Shown here in pieces: positions 46,351 to 58,189 of a DNA stretch of 64,000 nt. The translations under genes were made by a program, and so were the position numbers. The stretch spans positions 192,001 to 256,000 of the forward strand of contig CAWJSR010000029.1 of the NCBI GenBank assembly GCA_963845515.1, read 5' to 3'. How positions within the stretch are numbered: position 1 is the stretch's first letter; each line of letters starts with the position of its first letter. This stretch comes from an uncultured delta proteobacterium. Lineage in GTDB: Bacteria > Myxococcota > Myxococcia > Myxococcales > Anaeromyxobacteraceae. Below the pieces are notes generated by a model. That model saw only the letters and a list, made by a program, of their open reading frames with translations, had not been told where the DNA came from and did not search any database.

Positions 46351-47067
46351 TTACGCGCCGAACCCCGAGAACCGGATCGACCAGACCTTGCGCACGGCCT
46401 CCAGCAGGATTCGGCGCGACATCTTCGAATGGCCGACACGGCGGTCCTCGAACACGATCGGGAGCTCCAGGACGCGAAAACCCTTGCGCACGGCCCGGTA
46501 GGTCAGCTCGATCTGGAAGGCGTACCCGGTGCACTCCACCGTCGGCAGATCGATCGCCTCCAGCACCTCGCGCCTGAAGCACTTGAAGCCACCGGTCAGG
46601 TCGCGGATCCGGAGCCCCAGGACGGTCCTCGCGTAGAGGCTCCCGCCACGCGAGATGAGCTTCCTGCCGGCCCCCCAGTTCACGGTTCCGCCACCGTCCA
46701 CGTAGCGCGAGCCGAGCACCAGGTCGGCCCGCTCCGCAGCGGCCAGCATCGCCGGGAGGTACCTCGGGTCGTGGGAGAAGTCGCAGTCCATCTCGAGCAC
46801 CAGGCCGTAGTCGCGAGCGAGCGCCCACGAGAACGCCGCGAGGTAGGCCCTCCCCAGCCCCTCCTTGCCGGCCCGGTGGAGGACCTTCACCCGCGAGTCG
46901 GCGGCGGCCAGCTGGTCGGCGATCTTCCCGGTTCCATCGGGCGAGTTGTCGTCCACCACCAGGATGTCGACCATCGGCGCGGAGGCGAGGATCGCCGCGA
47001 CCATCGGGCGGAGGTTCTCCGCCTCGTCGTAGGTGGGCAGGCAGACGAGCGGCTTGCGTGCGTTCAT
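46351..47067 (-). CDS. Polyprenol-monophosphomannose synthase-like GT2 (DPM1/ArnC-like)
   Basis: PTYDE, VVDDNSPDGT, GLGRAY, MDCDFSHDP, GSRY, DLTGGFK; ATGA overlap with lpxB. Confidence 0.9.
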   Translation of the reverse strand: MNARKPLVCLPTYDEAENLRPMVAAILASAPMVDILVVDDNSPDGTGKIADQLAAADSRVKVLHRAGKEGLGRAYLAAFSWALARDYGLVLEMDCDFSHDPRYLPAMLAAAERADLVLGSRYVDGGGTVNWGAGRKLISRGGSLYARTVLGLRIRDLTGGFKCFRREVLEAIDLPTVECTGYAFQIELTYRAVRKGFRVLELPIVFEDRRVGHSKMSRRILLEAVRKVWSIRFSGFGA

Positions 47068-48200
47068 GACGAGAGCACCCCGGCTACCTCCTCCGCGACG
47101 CGGAGCGGCGCCCCTGGTTCGCCGAGCGATCCCCTGACCTCGCGCAGCCCGGCGAGCTGCGCATCGCGCGCGGGACCGTCGGCGAGGAGCACCTCCAGCT
47201 CGGCGGCCATCCGCTCGGCGCTCGCCTCCCTCTGGAGCAGCTCCGGGACCACCTTGCGCCCGGCCAGCAGGTTGACCAGCGAGAACCAGGCGATCTTCAC
47301 GAGCAGGCGCCCCACGAAGTAGGTGAGCCAGGAGACCCGGTAGACCACGATCATCGGGCGAAGCATCAGCGCCGCCTCCAGCGTGGAGGTGCCGCTCTTG
47401 ACGATGGCGCCGTCGCTGGCCCCCACGACCTCGGCCGTTTGGCCGTCGACCAGCGTCACGTCGAGCCCAGGATGCTCGGCCAGGTGGGCGGAGAGCTGCG
47501 AGCGTGAGAGGGTCGGCGCGACCGGGACCACGAACCTGGCGCCTGGGTGGCTTGCGAGGAGCCTCTCGGCGGCCCCCAGCATGTGCGGGAAGATGCGGGC
47601 GATCTCGCTGGGGCGGCTCCCGGGGACCAGCGCAAAGGTGGGGCCCCCTGCGGGTATCCCGAGCGCGGCGCGGTAGGACTCGGGCGCTGAGGGCGGGGGC
47701 TTCTCGGCGAACGGATGGCCCACGAAGCGCGCCGCGACCCCCGTCCCCTCGTAGGCCTTCGGCTCGAAGGGGAGGATGCAGAGCATGCGGTCGACCACCT
47801 TGGCGATCTTCCTCGCGCGGCCGCTGCGCCAGGCCCAGATGGTGGGCGACACGTAGTAAACGACCTTGATCCCCAACCTCTTGAGCTTGGCGGCGAGCCG
47901 CAGGTTGAAGTCGGGGAGGTCCACGAGGAGCGCGACCCGCGGCCGCCGCTCCTCGGCAGCCCGCCCGAGGCCGCGCAGGATGGCCAGGATCCTCGGGATG
48001 CGCGGGAGCACCTCGCCGAGCCCCATCACGCATATCTCCTCGGCCGGGTACAGCGCGTCCAGCCCCGCGCCGCGGAGCGCCGGACCGCCGACGCCGAAGG
48101 CGGTCACCCCTGGACGGAGCCTCCGCAGCTCTTCCAGCGCGCGCGCAGCGTGCAGGTCGGCGCTCGCCTCGCCGGCGACGATGAGGATCTCGTCGGACAC
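47064..48200 (-). CDS. lpxB: Lipid-A-disaccharide synthase
   Basis: VAGEASADL, DLPDFN, YVSPTIWAWR, LPFE, FVGHP, PGSR..EI, KSGTSTLE, VVPELLQ. Confidence 0.95.
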   Translation of the reverse strand: MSDEILIVAGEASADLHAARALEELRRLRPGVTAFGVGGPALRGAGLDALYPAEEICVMGLGEVLPRIPRILAILRGLGRAAEERRPRVALLVDLPDFNLRLAAKLKRLGIKVVYYVSPTIWAWRSGRARKIAKVVDRMLCILPFEPKAYEGTGVAARFVGHPFAEKPPPSAPESYRAALGIPAGGPTFALVPGSRPSEIARIFPHMLGAAERLLASHPGARFVVPVAPTLSRSQLSAHLAEHPGLDVTLVDGQTAEVVGASDGAIVKSGTSTLEAALMLRPMIVVYRVSWLTYFVGRLLVKIAWFSLVNLLAGRKVVPELLQREASAERMAAELEVLLADGPARDAQLAGLREVRGSLGEPGAPLRVAEEVAGVLSS

Positions 48201-48415
48201 GATGCGTGGGCTTATAGCACGCGGGCGGCGATCCCGACCGCGGACGAGCCCCATCCGCGCCGCCCCTGGCGCCTCCATCGGTGTTGACTGATGGGCACCT
48301 GAAAGGGGTTTGCGATGCGGCCCGGCTCCCAGAAGGGGAGCACCCGACCGGGCGCGGCAGCGCCCCGGGGGGCCGTTAAGCGACCATCGTTCGCCGAGAG
48401 CGCTAGGAGGCATCG

Positions 48416-49747
48416 ATGGCGCGGAACAGGTCGCGAGGTCTCACTCGCAGGGAGTTCATCAAGGCTGCGGGCGTGGGAGCGCTCGCCGCGGGCGTCTCGG
48501 GCGCGATCCCGGTGCGCGCCAGGGCGCAGGAGAAGACGCTCCGGATCATACAGTGGAGCCACTTCGTCCCCGGCTACGACAAGTGGTTCGACGAGAAGTT
48601 CACGCGCGAGTGGGGAGAGAAGAACGGCACCCGGGTGGTCGTCGACCACATCTCGATAGGCGAGATCAACGCCCGCGCCGCGGCCGAGGCGTCGGCCGAG
48701 AGCGGCCACGACCTCTTCATGTTCCTCTCGCCGCCAGCCGCGTACGCCGACAAGGCCATCGACCACACCGAGATCTACCAGGAGGTCGAGAAGCGCCACG
48801 GCAAGGCGATCGACCTCGCCCACAAGTCCACGTACAGCCCCAGGACCAGGAAGTACTTCGCCTTCTCCGACTCCTACGTCCCGGACCCCGGCGACTATCG
48901 CCAGGACCTGTTCGCCCAGGTCGGCTTCCCCAACGGCCCGGACACTTGGGAGGACCTGCGCAAGGGGGCGAAGGCGATCCGTGAGAAGTTCGGGAACCCG
49001 TGCGGCATCGGCCTCTCGCAGGAGCTCGACACCAACATGGCGATGCGCGCGCTGCTCTGGTCGTTCGGCGGCGCGGAGCAGACGCCCGACGGCGCCCCCG
49101 CCATCGACTCGAAGGCGACGCGGGAGGCGCTCAAGTTCATGCGAGCGCTCCACAAGGAGTCCCAGACGTCCGAGGTCTTCACCTGGGACCCGTCCGCCAA
49201 CAACCGGGCGATCCTGGCGGGCAAGGTCTCGTTCGTGCTCAACGCGATCTCGGTGACCCGCACGGCCGAGAAGGACAACCCCGAGATGTCGTCGAAGATC
49301 CAGATCGTGCCGGCGCTCAAGGGGCCGGTCCGCAGGCTCGCGGCCGAGCACGTGATGGACTGCTACGTCATCTGGAAGTTTGCCAAGAACGCGGAGGGGG
49401 CGAAGAGGTTCCTCGTCGACTACATCGACGCCTTCCGCGAGGCCTTCCTGGCGAGCGAGTTCTACAACTTCCCCTGCTTCCCCAGCACCGTCCCCGACCT
49501 CGGCAAGATCATCTCGAATGACCCGAAGGGGAGCCCGCCGGACAAGTACAAGGTCCTCGGCAACGTGCTTGAGTGGGCGACCAACGTCGGCTATCCGGGC
49601 TACGCAACCCCCGCCATCGACGAGATCTTCAACACGTTCGTGATCCCGACCATGTTCGCCAAGGTCGCGCGGGACGAGCTCTCGGTGGACGACGCGGTGC
49701 GCGCGGCCGACAAGGAGATACGGCGCATCATCGGCAAGTGGAAGTAG
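48416..49747 (+). CDS. CUT1 ABC transporter substrate-binding protein with Tat signal
   Basis: TRREFIK twin-arginine signal and AxA cleavage site; PDTWEDL family-1 SBP motif; first gene of the ABC cluster. Confidence 0.88.
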   Translation: MARNRSRGLTRREFIKAAGVGALAAGVSGAIPVRARAQEKTLRIIQWSHFVPGYDKWFDEKFTREWGEKNGTRVVVDHISIGEINARAAAEASAESGHDLFMFLSPPAAYADKAIDHTEIYQEVEKRHGKAIDLAHKSTYSPRTRKYFAFSDSYVPDPGDYRQDLFAQVGFPNGPDTWEDLRKGAKAIREKFGNPCGIGLSQELDTNMAMRALLWSFGGAEQTPDGAPAIDSKATREALKFMRALHKESQTSEVFTWDPSANNRAILAGKVSFVLNAISVTRTAEKDNPEMSSKIQIVPALKGPVRRLAAEHVMDCYVIWKFAKNAEGAKRFLVDYIDAFREAFLASEFYNFPCFPSTVPDLGKIISNDPKGSPPDKYKVLGNVLEWATNVGYPGYATPAIDEIFNTFVIPTMFAKVARDELSVDDAVRAADKEIRRIIGKWK

Positions 49748-49761
49748 CGGCCGGTGATGCG

Positions 49762-50799
49762 ATGGCCGTCCTCGAGACCCGTCACCTCACCAAGACCTTC
49801 TTGCGCGGAGGAGCCGCCGCCGTCAGCGACGTCTCGCTCCGGAGCCTGGACGGCGAGTTCCTCGTCTTCCTCGGCCCCTCCGGGTCGGGGAAGACCACCC
49901 TGCTCCGGCTGATCGCGGGGCTGGAGGAGCCCACGGAGGGGGAGATCCTCATCGGCGAGCGCGTCGTCACCGACCTCTCGCCGCGCGAGCGGCGGATCGC
50001 GATGGTCTTCCAGAGCTACGCGCTCTACCCGCACCTCACCGTGGAGAGGAACATCTCGTTCCCCCTCGAGGCGCAGAAGGTGCCTCGGGGCGAGCACCGG
50101 AAGAAGGTGGAGTGGGCAGCGGAGCTGCTCGGGATCGGGCACCTCCTCCGACGCAAGCCGCGCGAGCTCTCGGGGGGCGAGCGCCAGCGCGTGGCGCTCG
50201 CCCGCGCCATCGTCCGCGAGCCGGCGCTCTTCCTCCTGGACGAGCCGCTCTCCAACCTCGACGCGAAGCTCCGCGCCTCGGCGCGCGAGGAGCTCGCCCG
50301 CTTCCACCGCAAGGCGGGGGCCACCGCCATCTACGTCACCCACGACCAGGTCGAGGCGATGGCGATGGGCGACCGGATCGTCGTGCTCCACGAGGGGCAG
50401 GTCCGCCAGGTCGGCGTGCCGCGGGAGGTCTACGACGAGCCGGCCGACACCTTCGTGGCCACCTTCCTCGGCTCGCCCCCGATGAACCTGCTGGCCCTGG
50501 GCGACCTCGTGGCCGGCGTGCGTCCGGAGCACCTCCTGCCGGCCGCGCTCGTCCCTGGGAGCCCGCTCCGCCTCCGCTTCCGCATCACCAACGTGGAGTA
50601 CCTGGGCTCGGAGCGGATCCTCTACGGCCGGCTGGAGGAGGGGCGCTTCGACGGCCCGGCGGTGTCGCGCATCTCCGCCTCGGTGGACGGGGCCTACGTC
50701 GTTGGGACCGCGCACGACTTCGCCGTGGACCAGCGCCTCGTGAAGTTCTTCGACCGCGCCAGCGGCAAGCGCGTGGCGTCGCTCCCGCCTGGGTGGTGA
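49762..50799 (+). CDS. Sugar ABC transporter ATP-binding protein (MalK-like)
   Basis: GPSGSGKTT, VFQSYALYPH, LSGGERQR, DEPLSNLD, YVTHDQ. Confidence 0.94.
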   Translation: MAVLETRHLTKTFLRGGAAAVSDVSLRSLDGEFLVFLGPSGSGKTTLLRLIAGLEEPTEGEILIGERVVTDLSPRERRIAMVFQSYALYPHLTVERNISFPLEAQKVPRGEHRKKVEWAAELLGIGHLLRRKPRELSGGERQRVALARAIVREPALFLLDEPLSNLDAKLRASAREELARFHRKAGATAIYVTHDQVEAMAMGDRIVVLHEGQVRQVGVPREVYDEPADTFVATFLGSPPMNLLALGDLVAGVRPEHLLPAALVPGSPLRLRFRITNVEYLGSERILYGRLEEGRFDGPAVSRISASVDGAYVVGTAHDFAVDQRLVKFFDRASGKRVASLPPGW

Positions 50800-50802
50800 G
50801 GG

Positions 50803-51702
50803 ATGACCCGGCGAGCAGGCACCGAGAGGCGGGCAGCGTGGCTCGGCGTCGCGATGTTCTCGCCGGCCATCGTCTACATCCTCGCGCTCGTGGGCGTCCC
50901 CTTCCTCATGGCCTTCGTCTACGCGTTGAGCGATGCGACCGTCGCGAGCGACGAGCTTCACTACGTGGGGCTGGAGAACTTCCGGAGCGTGCTCCAGAGC
51001 CCGACCTTCCACAGGTCCATCGTCAACAGCTTCGTCTTCACGGTCAGCACCCAGGCCCTGGTGCTGGTCGGGGCCACTATCCTCTCCGTCGCGCTGCGCA
51101 ACCACTTCCGCGGCCGGGGAGCGGTCCGCTTCCTCATCCTCCTCCCGTGGGTCGCCCCCATCTCGCTCGGCGCGATCGGCTGGAAGTGGATCCTCGACTC
51201 GATCTACAGCGTGGTGAACTGGTTCCTGGTCCGGCTGGGGCTCTTCGGCCCCTACGACGCCCCGATGTGGCTGGGCGAGCCGGCGCTGGCGATGCTCTCG
51301 GTCATCATGGTCCACACCTGGCGGATGCTCCCGTTCGCCACGGTGATCATGCTCGCCGGGCTCACCTCCATCCCCCGGGACATCGAGGACGCGGCGGCCG
51401 TGGACGGCGCCCGCTTCTTCCGGACGCTCTTCCAGATCACCATCCCGATGATGCTCCCCATCATCAACGTGGCGGTCCTGTTCGGCGTGATCTTCACCTT
51501 CACCGACATGACGGTGGTCTACATCCTCACCCGCGGCGGGCCGTACGACACGACGCAGGTCCTCCCCTCCCTCGCGTTCTTCACCGGCATCCTGGGGAGC
51601 GACCTGGCCGAGGGCGCGGCCGTCTCCCTCTTCCTCGTCCCGATCCTCGTGGTGGTGGCGGCGCTGATGCTCCGCGCCGCGCACCGGGCGGAGGTCACGT
51701 GA
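50803..51702 (+). CDS. Sugar ABC transporter permease (MalF-like)
   Basis: YVGLENF and EAA loop EDAAAVDGA; LTRGGP. Confidence 0.92.
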   Translation: MTRRAGTERRAAWLGVAMFSPAIVYILALVGVPFLMAFVYALSDATVASDELHYVGLENFRSVLQSPTFHRSIVNSFVFTVSTQALVLVGATILSVALRNHFRGRGAVRFLILLPWVAPISLGAIGWKWILDSIYSVVNWFLVRLGLFGPYDAPMWLGEPALAMLSVIMVHTWRMLPFATVIMLAGLTSIPRDIEDAAAVDGARFFRTLFQITIPMMLPIINVAVLFGVIFTFTDMTVVYILTRGGPYDTTQVLPSLAFFTGILGSDLAEGAAVSLFLVPILVVVAALMLRAAHRAEVT

Positions 51703-52547
51703 CCCGCCGGCGCGCGCGGGCGCTCCTCAGGGCCGCCGGCCACCGGGCCGTCGTCGCGGCGTTCACGCTTGGGCTCGCCTTCCCGTTCATCTGGATGGCG
51801 ATCACGTCGTTCAAGCGCACGAGCGACCTCTACGACGTTCGGAACAATCCCTTCCTCTTCCACCAGCCGCCGACGCTCGAGCACCTCCGACTCCTCTTCG
51901 AGGACACGCTCTTCGCCCGCTGGTTCGTCAACTCCACCGTGGTCGGCATCGCGGTCGTCGCGGTGACGCTCCTCCTCTCGGTCCCCGCGGCCTACGCGCT
52001 GACGCGGCTCACCGGGCGCTGGGGGCAGCGGCTCGGCATCGGCGTCTTCCTCACCTACCTCGTCCCCCCCACGCTCCTCTTCATCCCGCTCTCGCGGCTC
52101 GTGGCCGAGCTGGGGCTGCAGGACTCCCTCTGGTCGATCATCCTCGTCTACCCGAGCTTCACGGTGCCGTTCTCCACCTGGCTCCTGATGGGCTTCTTCA
52201 AGTCCATCCCGCGCGACATCGAGGACGCTGCGCTCGTGGACGGCCTCACGCGCTTCGGCGCCTTCGTGCGGCTCGTGATCCCCATCTCCATCTCCGGGAT
52301 CCTGACCGTGGTGATCTTCAGCTTCACGCTCACGACCCAGGAGTTCGTCTACGCGCTCACGTTCATCTCCAGGGCCGAGCACCAGACCGTCGGCGTGGGC
52401 GTCCCCATCTTCCTGGTGCGCGGCGACGTCTACTACTGGGGCTCCCTGATGGCGGCCTGCCTGATCACCAGCCTGCCCATCGCCGCGGTCTACAACCTGT
52501 TCCTGGACCGCTTCATCGCCGGCTTCACGGTCGGCGCCGTGAAGTGA
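51699..52547 (+). CDS. Sugar ABC transporter permease (MalG-like)
   Basis: EDAALVDG EAA loop, WGSLMAA, GAVK end; GTG overlaps the previous stop. Confidence 0.92.
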   Translation: MTRRRARALLRAAGHRAVVAAFTLGLAFPFIWMAITSFKRTSDLYDVRNNPFLFHQPPTLEHLRLLFEDTLFARWFVNSTVVGIAVVAVTLLLSVPAAYALTRLTGRWGQRLGIGVFLTYLVPPTLLFIPLSRLVAELGLQDSLWSIILVYPSFTVPFSTWLLMGFFKSIPRDIEDAALVDGLTRFGAFVRLVIPISISGILTVVIFSFTLTTQEFVYALTFISRAEHQTVGVGVPIFLVRGDVYYWGSLMAACLITSLPIAAVYNLFLDRFIAGFTVGAVK

Positions 52548-52563
52548 GCCGCGCGGAGGCCAC

Positions 52564-53947
<1,384 letters not shown>

Positions 53948-53967
<20 letters not shown>

Positions 53968-56035
53968 CGATCGCCTTCGCCAGCTCGCTCGTGCGAAAGG
54001 GCTTCTGGACGAACGCGACCGCGCCCTGGGCGAGCAGCTCCTCCCCACGCCCCTTGCTGGAGAAGCCGGAGCTGATGACCACCCTCAGGCCAGGGTGGCG
54101 GGCGCGCAACTCCCGGAAGCAGGCCCGCCCGTCCATTCCCGGCATGGAGAGGTCCAGGACGACGGCCACCGGCGGCGACGGCTGCCCCGCGAGCCAGTCG
54201 AGCGCCTCCTGCCCACCGGGGAGTTGCACCGGCTCGTACCCCAGGGACGCGAGGACGCGCGCCGCGGTGCGACGGACCAACTCCTCGTCGTCGACAATCA
54301 GCACGACGCCGGACCCGCGCGGCGCAGGAGGCTCCACCGGCTCGGGGTCGGGGGCCGCCTCCAGGAGCGCCGGGAGGTAGACGACGAAGCGTGAGCCAAC
54401 GCCGATCTCGCTGTAGACCTGGATCGTCCCACCGTGTCCCTTGACGATTCCGAACGCGGTCGCGAGCCCCAGGCCGCTCCCCTTCGCCTCCGACTTGGTG
54501 GTGAAGAACGGGTCGAAGATCCGCTCCCGGTGCTCCTGCCGGATCCCCACGCCCGAGTCGGACACCGAGAGCGTGACGTAGCGCCCGGGCGCGAGCCCCG
54601 CCGTCGCGCTCGCGGCGTCCACGTCGACGGTGTCCGTTCGGAGCGTGAGCCGCCCCCGTCCGGCATGGCGTCCCGCGCGTTGACGCAGAGGTTCAAGACC
54701 ACCTGCTGCAGCTGGCCCGAGTCCCCGCGGACGTCGTGCGCCGGCGCCCCAAGCAGCGACTCCAGCCGGATGGACTTGTCGAGCGTCCGCCCGACCAGTC
54801 CGGCGACCTCCCCCACGACGGCGTGCAGGTCGACGTGCTCCTGGCGATGGCGCCCGAGCCGGGCGATGGCGAGGAGCTGTCGGGTCAGCTCCGCGGCGCG
54901 CTGCGCTGCCTGGGTGATGGTGCGGGCAGCCTCCTCCGTGACGCTTCCGGGCGCCGCCTCCGCAGCCAGGACGTCGGCGTACCCGAGGATCCCGACCAGC
55001 AGGTTGTTGAAGTCGTGCGCCACCCCGCCGGCGAGCAGCCCGATCGACTCGAGCTTCTGCGACTGCCGCTGCGCGTCCTCGGCGCGCCGCTGCTCGGCGT
55101 GCGCCAGCTCGAGCTCACGCGAGCGAGCGGCCACCTCGCGCCGCAGCACCACTGGGAGCGCCACGACGCGATAGGCGAGCAAGGCCGCGAGGAACGCTAT
55201 GACGACCGCGCCGAAGGGGAGGAGCCCGGCGCCCGGAACGCTCCCCCAGCCTCCGCGCGGAGTCAGCCCCAGGGCCCACCTCTGGCCGGGCAGCCTGACG
55301 GTGACGGTCACAGGCTCGTCTAGCTCCAGGCCGCCGCCTCGCGACGACGCGACCCTCTCACCGAGCGTGCCGTCGCCATCCAGGCGAGCGATGGAGTAGT
55401 CATATCCCGCCTCGGTGAGCCTGGAGATCCGGCTCTCCTCCAGCAGGACCGGGACGCGGACGACGGCGCTGGAGAGCCCCCAGAACCGCTCCCTCCCGTC
55501 GACGGGGAGGAAAACCGGAATCCTGAGGGCCAGCCCCGCGCCGCCCTGGGCGAGATCGAACGGGCCGTAGAGGAGCGGCGCGCGCATGGCTATCACGCGC
55601 CTCGTGAAGGGGCCGTGCGTCGGGCTCCGGAGCAGGTCGAGCCCGCTTGCCGCCTCGTTCCCCTCGATCGGCCAGACGTGGCTGATCACGCAGTCGCGGG
55701 CGAGCTGGATGCTGAGGGTCCCCCCGCGCGAGCTCCAGCAGGCGCTCCGCCACGCCTTCGAGCTGCCGGTCGCCGGCGCCGTCGGAGACCATCGCCCCCA
55801 CCGTGGAGGCCGCAGCCAGCGCGAAGGAGAAGCGCTGCTCGATGGCGAAGGCCGATCCCTGGGCCAGCTCGGTGGCGATCTGGCGTCGCTTCGCGAGGTC
55901 CTGCCGGTCATGCAGCCAGGCGACGAGCAGCCCGGCTCCGAGCGCGAGCACGAAGACCGCGACCGCAACCATGAGTGCACGACGCTCGACGCCTCGCATC
56001 GCGGCCATCTTCGTGGCTGGCGCGTGCTGGCGCAA
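53948..56035 (-). CDS. CHASE-domain hybrid histidine kinase (frameshifts near 55725 and 54650; start uncertain, 55999-56035)
   Basis: CHASE motifs PIEGNEAA.GLDL and GPFDLAQGG; H-box AHDFNNLL; NARDAMP; FFTTK, GSGLGL; receiver LIVDDE...DLSMPGMDG. Confidence 0.85.
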
Positions 56036-56047
56036 GCACGGCCGGCG

Positions 56048-56977
56048 CTAGCCCTGCCCGGCCGCCACGAAGATCCAGCGGAGCGCGAGCCCCCCCACCA
56101 GGACCAGCGCGGGCGTGACGAAGCTCGCCTTGCGGTGGAGCTTGAACTCCAGCACCTCGAGCAACGCCGGTGTGGCGAGCCCCGCTGCGAACACCAGGAC
56201 CCAGAATGGCGCGGTGAACGTCCCGCCCAGGAGCAGCCCGACGGCGGCACGGCTCGCGGCGCCGCCCGTGGCGAGGCCGACGATGAACAGCGCGAGGAGC
56301 AGCACCTCGACGCCGATGGCCGCCAGGTCCCACCGCGCGAGCAGGTGGCGCTCCTCGTCGGTGACGGGGAAGAGCATCATCGCCGCCGCGCCAGTGGAGA
56401 GGCCGGAGACGAGGAACAGTGGCCCCAGCAGCGCCGACCCCCAGAGGGCCCGCGCGCCGAGCGTCGAGAGCAGGACGCCGGTGTAGATGCCGAGCCCCAC
56501 GCCCGCTGCGATCGCCGCGGTGGTGATGGCCCGCGCCCGCGGAAGCGCCCACTGCCGGACCGCGGCGACGCGCGCGCCCCACCCGCCGAGCTTCCCGCCG
56601 AGCCACGCGGCCTGGCCGTCGTCGATCGACGCGAGCCCCTGCAGGAGGGTCACGGGGTATACGACGAGCAGGATCCACGCACCCCAGGACATCGGGGAGG
56701 TCCAGCGGAACGCCAGGTAGAAGCGCCAGACGTAGAGCTTGTGCCCCAGGTCGAGGAAGAGCGCCACCATGCCCGCCGAGACGAGGGCCGGCGCCAGGAA
56801 CGGCAGCCAGCGGGCGGCCGGGGAGCGCTCTCCGCCGCGGCGCTGCACCAGCGCGGTGAGGATCATGATCCCGGCCGCCATGCCGCCGAGGAAGAGGTAG
56901 ACCGGGATCTCCCAGCCCCAGACGTGGAGCTTCGGGTCGATCAGGTGGCTGTGCCGCGCGATGTCGATCTCGTTCAT
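56048..56977 (-). CDS. psrC: Polysulfide reductase membrane anchor (NrfD/PsrC family)
   Basis: WGWEIPVYLFLGG, DLGH, SPMSWG, YTGVLL, GGLALRW; about eight TM helices. Confidence 0.9.
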   Translation of the reverse strand: MNEIDIARHSHLIDPKLHVWGWEIPVYLFLGGMAAGIMILTALVQRRGGERSPAARWLPFLAPALVSAGMVALFLDLGHKLYVWRFYLAFRWTSPMSWGAWILLVVYPVTLLQGLASIDDGQAAWLGGKLGGWGARVAAVRQWALPRARAITTAAIAAGVGLGIYTGVLLSTLGARALWGSALLGPLFLVSGLSTGAAAMMLFPVTDEERHLLARWDLAAIGVEVLLLALFIVGLATGGAASRAAVGLLLGGTFTAPFWVLVFAAGLATPALLEVLEFKLHRKASFVTPALVLVGGLALRWIFVAAGQG

Positions 56978-56992
56978 GGTCGTCCCTCGTGC

Positions 56993-58189
56993 CTATCCAC
57001 CACAGCCGCCACCACCGCCGCCCGCCTTCTTCCGCTTCGGCGCCGCGCCGCCCGCCGCCGGCTCGGCCGGAGCCGCCGGCTTCACGCCGGTCATCGCTGC
57101 GTACACCCCGGCGCGCAGCTTGAACGCCTCCTGCTCTGCGTACGGCGCGCCGCCCTCGATGGGCGTCGGCGCCGTGAGGGCCCACCCCTTCCAGGCGTCG
57201 AAGCCGCCGGTCAGGAGGAGGACCCGCCCCGGGGAGGCCATCGCGCCCGCCGGCGGCTCGGCGAGGTCGGCTGCCCCGACGAACACGAGGTCACGGCTCG
57301 CCGGCTCGGCGTCCAGCCCGAGCCCGGCTACCTCCGCCGGCTCCACGCACTCGGCGCCCGGGATCCGTGCGGCGCCGCACGCCGCGGCGCCCCGCACGTC
57401 GATGACCCGGACCGACCACGGCGCCTGGAAGACGCGGCGCGCCAGCTCCTCGACGCCGATCGCCCCTGCAGTCCGCCTCGCCGCCTTGACCCCGGTGGGG
57501 AGCGCCAGCGTCGCGACGGCGACGAGCGCCACCCCGGCGAACGCCCCGAAGACGAACCGCTTCGGCCGCGAAGGCGAGGCCGGGGCCGAGTCGCGCCCGA
57601 GCTTGCGCTCCACCCACTCGCCGAAGACGAAGCTGCCGATGGCCACCAGGGCGACTGCGAGCGCGAGCACGGCCGCCGGGATCCCGAAGACGTCGTAGAG
57701 GTAGAGGTGCCCCATCGCGCCGCTCTCGAAGAAGCGCTTGAACGCCGCAGCGTGCTCCAGCTCCGCCGCGACTACCTGGCCTACGACGACGCCGGCGTAG
57801 GTCACCACCGCGTCGAGCTTTCCGGAGGCCATCCCGACGAAGGAGGTGCCCGGGCAGTAGCCCGAGAAGACGATGCCGGCGCCTATCAGCAGCCCGCCGG
57901 CGATCATCGGCCACAGGAACGTCTGCGTCGTCACGAGATCGCCGAGCGCGCGCAGGTCGATGAGCCCGAGGCCATCGAGCGCCGCGGTCATGACGACCGC
58001 CGTGGCGACGGCGCTGAACATGACCTTCAGCATCACCATCTCGGTCCCGAAGAACTGACGCAGGAGCTTGCTCGCGTCGCCGAAGCCGGCCCGCTCCAGC
58101 ATGAAGCCGAAGCCGAAGCCGGCGAGGACCGCCAGCGCCATGGCCACGTTGACGTTCTGGACGGCGGACTGCAGCGGGAAGACCGTCAT
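56993..58189 (-). CDS. YeeE/YedE sulfur transporter fused to a rhodanese-like domain and C-terminal GGCGG tail
   Basis: GFGFGFMLERAGF, GGLLIGAG...GYCPGTS; VIDVR...IPGA...LLTGGFDAW; ends KRKKAGGGGGGCGG. Confidence 0.85.
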   Translation of the reverse strand: MTVFPLQSAVQNVNVAMALAVLAGFGFGFMLERAGFGDASKLLRQFFGTEMVMLKVMFSAVATAVVMTAALDGLGLIDLRALGDLVTTQTFLWPMIAGGLLIGAGIVFSGYCPGTSFVGMASGKLDAVVTYAGVVVGQVVAAELEHAAAFKRFFESGAMGHLYLYDVFGIPAAVLALAVALVAIGSFVFGEWVERKLGRDSAPASPSRPKRFVFGAFAGVALVAVATLALPTGVKAARRTAGAIGVEELARRVFQAPWSVRVIDVRGAAACGAARIPGAECVEPAEVAGLGLDAEPASRDLVFVGAADLAEPPAGAMASPGRVLLLTGGFDAWKGWALTAPTPIEGGAPYAEQEAFKLRAGVYAAMTGVKPAAPAEPAAGGAAPKRKKAGGGGGGCGG

